This document shows positions 34,261 to 38,850 of a stretch of DNA of 38,850 bases, piece after piece. The stretch lies in NCBI GenBank assembly GCA_039190745.1, contig JBCCXZ010000036.1, forward strand, positions 1 to 38,850, given 5' to 3'. The stretch is from Planctomycetota bacterium (GTDB lineage Bacteria; Planctomycetota; Planctomycetia; Pirellulales; Lacipirellulaceae). A model generated the notes under the pieces. The model ran no database searches and had not been told where the DNA came from. It worked only from the letters and a program-made list of their open reading frames with translations. Numbering within the stretch: the first letter of the stretch is position 1; each line of letters opens with the position of its first letter. The position numbers and the translations under genes are program-made.

Positions 34261-34511
34261 GGGCGGCACTGGCGTCTCGCCGGTGCTTGTCAACACACAG
34301 TGGCCACCACGGGTGGCACGGACTGTCGGCCGCGAAAGATCTTGCCTGCAAGAGAAACACACTCGGCCGATTGTCCGTGTGCGCAGCACAAGAGGCTAAT
34401 CGGCAAGCTGCTAGAGAACGGATCACCTCCTGTCGCAAGCGACACCGACAATCGGCCGATCCCATCCTACCCTTCCGCGACGCCTCTTCCGGCCGACAGT
34501 CGGCGCCACCC
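34261..34511. repeat. Cluster of REP-like palindromes (BIME-like)
   Basis: GCACTGGCG-tct-CGCCGGTGC (34266-34286), plus two inverted ~70-bp hairpin units at 34311-34380 and 34442-34511. Confidence 0.75.
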
Positions 34512-34525
34512 AAAACCGTTGGCAA

Positions 34526-36523
34526 CTAAGCGCTCTGCCGGAAATCCAGATGCGCCAGCTTGCGGAAGAGTTCGCACCGGCCGGCTAGTTCGTCGAACGT
34601 CCCCTGGTCGACGATCTGCCCCTGATCCATCACCACAATCCGGTTCGCCAAGCTAAGCGTCGCCGGCCGGTGCGTCACCATGAAGGCCGTCCGCTCGCGG
34701 ACGAAGCCCTCGAGCACCTGGTGGATCAACCGCTCGCTCTCGACGTCGATCTGGCTGGTCGCCTCGTCGAGGATCAGCACCTCGGGGTCGCGCAGGATGG
34801 CCCGCGCCAGCGCGAGCCGCTGCCGCTGCCCGCCCGAGAGCCGCCCGCCCCGGGCGCCGCAGTTCGTCTCGTAGCCGTCGGCCAGTTTCTCGGTGATGAA
34901 CCCGTGCGCGTGCGCCCGCTTGGCCGCCTCGATCACTTGCGCGTCGGTCGCCCCCGGCGAGCCGTAGCGGATGTTGTTCGCCACCGTGTCGTCCAGCAGC
35001 ACCGTCTCCTGCGTGACTAAGCCGATCCGATCGCGCAGAGCCCGCACGCGCACGTTCTGGATATCGGCACCGTCGATCGCCACCGCCCCTTCCACCGGGT
35101 CGAAGAACCGCGGCAGCAGGTTGATCAGCGTGCTCTTGCCGCAGCCGTTGGGCCCGACGATCGCCACCGTCTCGCCCCGGGTCACCTGCAGGTCGATGCC
35201 CCGCAAGATCGGCTCGTCCGGCGTGTAGTGGAACCGCACCCCGCGGAAGTCTATCCGCCCGATCCGCTCCGGAAGCGTCGCCGGCGCCGCGGGGTCGGTC
35301 ACCACCGGCTCGCGGTCCAGCAGCTTATAGATTCGGTCGCTGGAAGCCGACGCCCGCTGCAACGAGCCGAACACGTCCGACAGCCGGCGGATCGGGTCGC
35401 TCGCTCCTGCGAGGAAACCGTAGAACAAGGTCAGCATTCCGTGCGAGAGCGGCTCGTCGCTGATGCGGATCCCCAACAATTTCGTCTGATCGTTGAGCAC
35501 CAGGTAGCCGCCCGCAAGCATCACTGCCAGGATAATCCCGATGCCGATCGTCTCGGTCACCGGGCTGCTCAGGGACTGGTACAGCTCGATCCGCATCGAG
35601 TTTTGGTAGTAGCGCCGCGACGCGCGGTGGAACCGGCTCCGCTCGTGCGACTCCATCGTGAAGGCCTTAATCACCTTCACGGAGTTGAGCGTCTCTTCTA
35701 GCCGCTCGAACACGATCGTCAGGCCCTCGAGGGCCCGGCGGTTGGTCCGCTTGAGCGACTTCGCCAGCCAGTGCACCGCGAACCCGCCCACCGGCGCGGC
35801 CAGCAGCGTCAGCAGCAAAAGCTGCCAACTCACCCAAGCGGCGCCGATCAGGCACGCGACCGCCTTGAGCGGCTCACGCACCGCCACACCCACCAGAACC
35901 TGCACCCCAAACGCCACGCCGGACAGGTCGCTGGCGAAGTGGTTCATCAACTCGCCGTGCGACGTCTGCCGGAGCGTGCCCAGGTCGAGCCGCAGCGTCC
36001 GGCGGAAGAACTGCCGCCGCAACTCCAAACCCGTGAGGTGCCCCACCCGCGCAGTGAAGTACGTCCCCAACACGCGGAACAAACCCTTGATCAACGTCCC
36101 GAGGAACAAAGCCACGCACACGAACGCCAGCGTGCCGAACGCCGTCGCCGGCAGCCGCTCCCGCGCCCACGGCACGACCCGCCCCAGCGTGTCTTGTTTC
36201 AACAACAACGCCCCGCGCCACTGCTCTAACGAGTGCGCCTCGGAGAGCGCCTCGCGACGCGGCTCTTCCGGCAGCGTCTCCGCGCGGGCCCGCATCTGGT
36301 CGATCTGAGCGGTCAGCTCCTCGATCTTTGCCCGGTCGGCCTCCGAGACCTCTTCCAGCCAATCGGGGATCGAGTGCCCGTGCATCACCGCGTCGACCAG
36401 CGGCCACACCGCCGTGATGTTCCCCGCCCAGAACACCGCCACCACCAGCGAGCACAGCACCGACGCCGCCACCGAGAAACGGTGGCGTAGCGCTATCCGA
36501 ACCACGCGGGCGAAATTCGTCAT
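34526..36523 (-). CDS. ABC exporter, fused permease + ATPase (MsbA-like)
   Basis: N-terminal TM domain; GPNGCGKST, LSGGQRQR and LILDEATS. Confidence 0.93.
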   Translation of the reverse strand: MTNFARVVRIALRHRFSVAASVLCSLVVAVFWAGNITAVWPLVDAVMHGHSIPDWLEEVSEADRAKIEELTAQIDQMRARAETLPEEPRREALSEAHSLEQWRGALLLKQDTLGRVVPWARERLPATAFGTLAFVCVALFLGTLIKGLFRVLGTYFTARVGHLTGLELRRQFFRRTLRLDLGTLRQTSHGELMNHFASDLSGVAFGVQVLVGVAVREPLKAVACLIGAAWVSWQLLLLTLLAAPVGGFAVHWLAKSLKRTNRRALEGLTIVFERLEETLNSVKVIKAFTMESHERSRFHRASRRYYQNSMRIELYQSLSSPVTETIGIGIILAVMLAGGYLVLNDQTKLLGIRISDEPLSHGMLTLFYGFLAGASDPIRRLSDVFGSLQRASASSDRIYKLLDREPVVTDPAAPATLPERIGRIDFRGVRFHYTPDEPILRGIDLQVTRGETVAIVGPNGCGKSTLINLLPRFFDPVEGAVAIDGADIQNVRVRALRDRIGLVTQETVLLDDTVANNIRYGSPGATDAQVIEAAKRAHAHGFITEKLADGYETNCGARGGRLSGGQRQRLALARAILRDPEVLILDEATSQIDVESERLIHQVLEGFVRERTAFMVTHRPATLSLANRIVVMDQGQIVDQGTFDELAGRCELFRKLAHLDFRQSA

Positions 36524-36831
36524 GCTCGAAGCGACGCCGCGCTCGGGGGTTACGGGGGCGGGAGGACCAAGACCGTGGGTGACAGCAACGACAGCACCGC
36601 CGGCAGTGCGTACCCGGGCCGGCGTGCAAGCGCGGCGGTTTGTAGCAAACGCACCCCCGGCCACCAATGGCAGACCGGCCCTTTTGCTGAACTCTGCCGG
36701 ATGGGCCGCCGATACAGGTTGTACCGGTAGAGCCGCCGCACGCCTCAGCGTGCCGACGCGGCCTCCGCTCCCGGCCCGGCCGCACAGCAAGCGGCCGCGA
36801 CGCCGACACCAAATTTCCTGGGGGGGAAACC

Positions 36832-37227
36832 ATGCTCCGGCTCTCGATCGCGCTCGCCATAGCGGGCCTTGCTACCACAGGCTGCGCGACCAGCCCGTTC
36901 ACCAAGAAGAACAACGCCCAGCCCATCGCACAGCAAGCGGCCGCGGGCAATATCCAGCTCACCGGCTACTGCGACTGCGACGACGACTGCTGTTGCGAAG
37001 ACGGTAGCTGCGGGTGCGGTAACGGTAATGGCTGCGGAAACGGCAACGGCGACTGCGGCGGACGCTGCGGCCTGCTCGCCCGCATGCGGGGTTGCAAACA
37101 GACCTACCCCGAGCAGTACAGCTTCCAGCCCGGACCGCCCGCCGGCCAGGTCGCCTACCCCTACTACACCACCCGGGGCCCCCGCGACTTCCTAATGGAC
37201 AACCCGCCCTCGATCGGCCCCCACTAA
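36832..37227 (+). CDS. Cys/Gly-rich putative lipoprotein
   Basis: Lipobox-like ATTG-C, Cys-rich middle, and C-terminal GPPAGQVAYPYYTTRGPRDFLMDNPPSIGP. Confidence 0.8.
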   Translation: MLRLSIALAIAGLATTGCATSPFTKKNNAQPIAQQAAAGNIQLTGYCDCDDDCCCEDGSCGCGNGNGCGNGNGDCGGRCGLLARMRGCKQTYPEQYSFQPGPPAGQVAYPYYTTRGPRDFLMDNPPSIGPH

Positions 37228-37303
37228 ACAACCGAGTGAGACAAGAGCCAACGCGGGCTCATAAAAAACACACCGCCTAAGCGTGCACGGACGCACGCGT
37301 GTC

Positions 37304-37349
37304 AGCCGGCCGACTGGTGCAAGGAAGCACCCCAGTCGGCCGGCTTTTT
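37304..37349 (+). terminator. Intrinsic terminator
   Basis: AGCCGGCCGACTGG...CCAGTCGGCCGGC followed by TTTTT, between convergent genes. Confidence 0.8.
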
Positions 37350-37390
37350 CTATGCGCTAGTCGAATCCTCCGCAAAACTGCTGCCCGCCC

Positions 37391-38850
37391 TTACGACCAC
37401 CGCCCGAACACGGCATCGACGAGCTCTTCTTCGTCAGCGTCTGCGCTGTAGGAGAGCACGTTCTCCAGCCCGTCCGCCGCCGGGGATTGCACTGCTTGTT
37501 CGTCCCACAGCACCGAATGGGCCGGAGGCCCCGAACCGAACTGAGTCACCCACACCGCCAGGTCGTATTCATCAACGTCCCAGTCGTGGTCCGCGTCACC
37601 GTCGACAGAAAGCGTGAAGGGCTCGAACGAGCCGTACCCGCGCTGCAACGCGAGCAGGTCCGCAAGGTCCACGTCGGCGTCCGCGTCGAAATCGGCGCTC
37701 TCTGGCTCGTCGTACAGCATGCCGAACTGCGACGCCCAATGCGTCTGATCGTCGGCGTCCACGTCCAGGTCGGCGTCCGCGTCGCCGTCCGACAGCGCGG
37801 CCTCGGCCGCCCCGAACCCCCTCTGCTGCGCAAGCAGATCGGCCACGTCGACGTCCCCGTCGGCGTCGAAGTCCGCGTTCGGCCGCGACTCGTAGGCCCC
37901 GATGTCGATCCGCCCTGCGAAGACCCGCTGGAACGCCACGCCACGCTGGTCGCTCGGCACCGCGTCGTCCGTGAGCGGATCGCCGTCGGGGTCGGCGGGA
38001 TCGAAGACGGGGTCCCCCATATCGATCGCGGGGCTCCCCGCCAGCAGGGCGTGTGTCTTTGTCGGCCCGCCGTTGTCGGTCAGCGGGCCGAGCAGAGGGT
38101 CGACCAAGCCACTGCCCAAGGAATTCCCGATCAGGTTCCCATTCGCGTCGGGGGTGTGAGCTTCTTCGTAGAACTGCGTCCAATCACCGTCGCCCAAGAT
38201 GTTGAATCGAAAGAGCTGCGCTTCCTGCGAGCCTTGGTACACGTCATTGGCTCCGAAGCTCGCGGTGTTACCCGCGATGATCGAATGGAGGATCGAGGGA
38301 CCGGGGCCCAAGTACCTGCCCGTGAGGTAGACCCCTCCCCCACGCCACTCGGAGTGGTTCTCGGTAATGGTCGAGTAGCGCGCGTCGAGAGCATTCACTG
38401 AGACCCCGCCCCCCTCACGCTCCGCGTGATTGCCGCTCACCGTCGAGCTGTGGAGGAACAGCTTGCCCCGAAAGACGTTCACCCCTCCTCCCCTCGCCCA
38501 CATGCCCGTCGTGGAATTGCCGCTTATGGTGGACCTCAACAGGAGGATGTCGAAGTCACTCCAGATGCCGCCTCCTTCTGCGCGGCCACCCGACGTGGAG
38601 TTGCCTTCCACCGAGGACTCCACGAGAGTGAAACCCGGTCCGTTCGTGTCCAAGACACTGCTCGCGAACCCTCCCCCGATCGCGCTTTGACCGACTGCTT
38701 GATTGCCACGGACCGTTGTGCGAACGACTCGGGCCTCGTGTCCGGCGATGAAGAAACCGCCGCCGAAAGCGGAGTCCCCCGTAACGCTGTTGCCCTCGAT
38801 CAGAGAATCTTCAACAAGAGACTCGGCCCCGCCCAAGCCAGACGCAAAGA
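37391..38850 (-). CDS. Surface/secreted beta-helix protein with choice-of-anchor-Q-like region and dockerin/EF-hand-like repeats (5' partial)
   Basis: GN....GGG repeats; [32 protein letters not shown] and [16 protein letters not shown] repeats. Frame runs off the window end. Confidence 0.88.
   Translation of the reverse strand, partial: FASGLGGAESLVEDSLIEGNSVTGDSAFGGGFFIAGHEARVVRTTVRGNQAVGQSAIGGGFASSVLDTNGPGFTLVESSVEGNSTSGGRAEGGGIWSDFDILLLRSTISGNSTTGMWARGGGVNVFRGKLFLHSSTVSGNHAEREGGGVSVNALDARYSTITENHSEWRGGGVYLTGRYLGPGPSILHSIIAGNTASFGANDVYQGSQEAQLFRFNILGDGDWTQFYEEAHTPDANGNLIGNSLGSGLVDPLLGPLTDNGGPTKTHALLAGSPAIDMGDPVFDPADPDGDPLTDDAVPSDQRGVAFQRVFAGRIDIGAYESRPNADFDADGDVDVADLLAQQRGFGAAEAALSDGDADADLDVDADDQTHWASQFGMLYDEPESADFDADADVDLADLLALQRGYGSFEPFTLSVDGDADHDWDVDEYDLAVWVTQFGSGPPAHSVLWDEQAVQSPAADGLENVLSYSADADEEELVDAVFGRWS

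Overview
GC-rich bacterial chromosomal DNA, most likely a planctomycete (Pirellulales/Lacipirellulaceae-like). This is inferred from a PEP-CTERM protein with dockerin-like repeats, a 'QFSLREL' membrane protein, the YPYYTTRGPRDF lipoprotein and REP-like palindromes. Most of the window is housekeeping or generic genes: fadA 3' end, PadR regulator plus membrane partner, WD40 protein, FMN reductase, ppk2, uvrA, HGSNAT-like acyltransferase, LysR-gltB-gltD, Uma2, cyclophilin, rsmD, esterase, ABC-F, lnt, metallophosphoesterase, secreted aspartic protease, DUF1772, radical SAM enzyme, ABC exporter and a partial surface protein. No tRNA, rRNA, CRISPR array or transposase was seen. Highlights: (1) a ~0.65 kb locus between ppk2 and uvrA with convergent sigma70-type promoters, a ~110-nt three-hairpin antisense RNA candidate, a leader terminator with alternative pairings, and a 44-aa Arg-rich small ORF absent from the ORF track, which together resemble antisense-controlled attenuation; (2) a GxxExxY nuclease-fold gene between gltB and gltD bracketed by perfect 29-bp inverted repeats, with similar short-period repeat remnants elsewhere, including in frame inside rsmD; (3) REP-like palindromes with compensatory changes; (4) a fold-back duplication at the window start, probably an amplification/assembly chimera. 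All calls come from reading motifs by eye; no database searches or folding programs were run.
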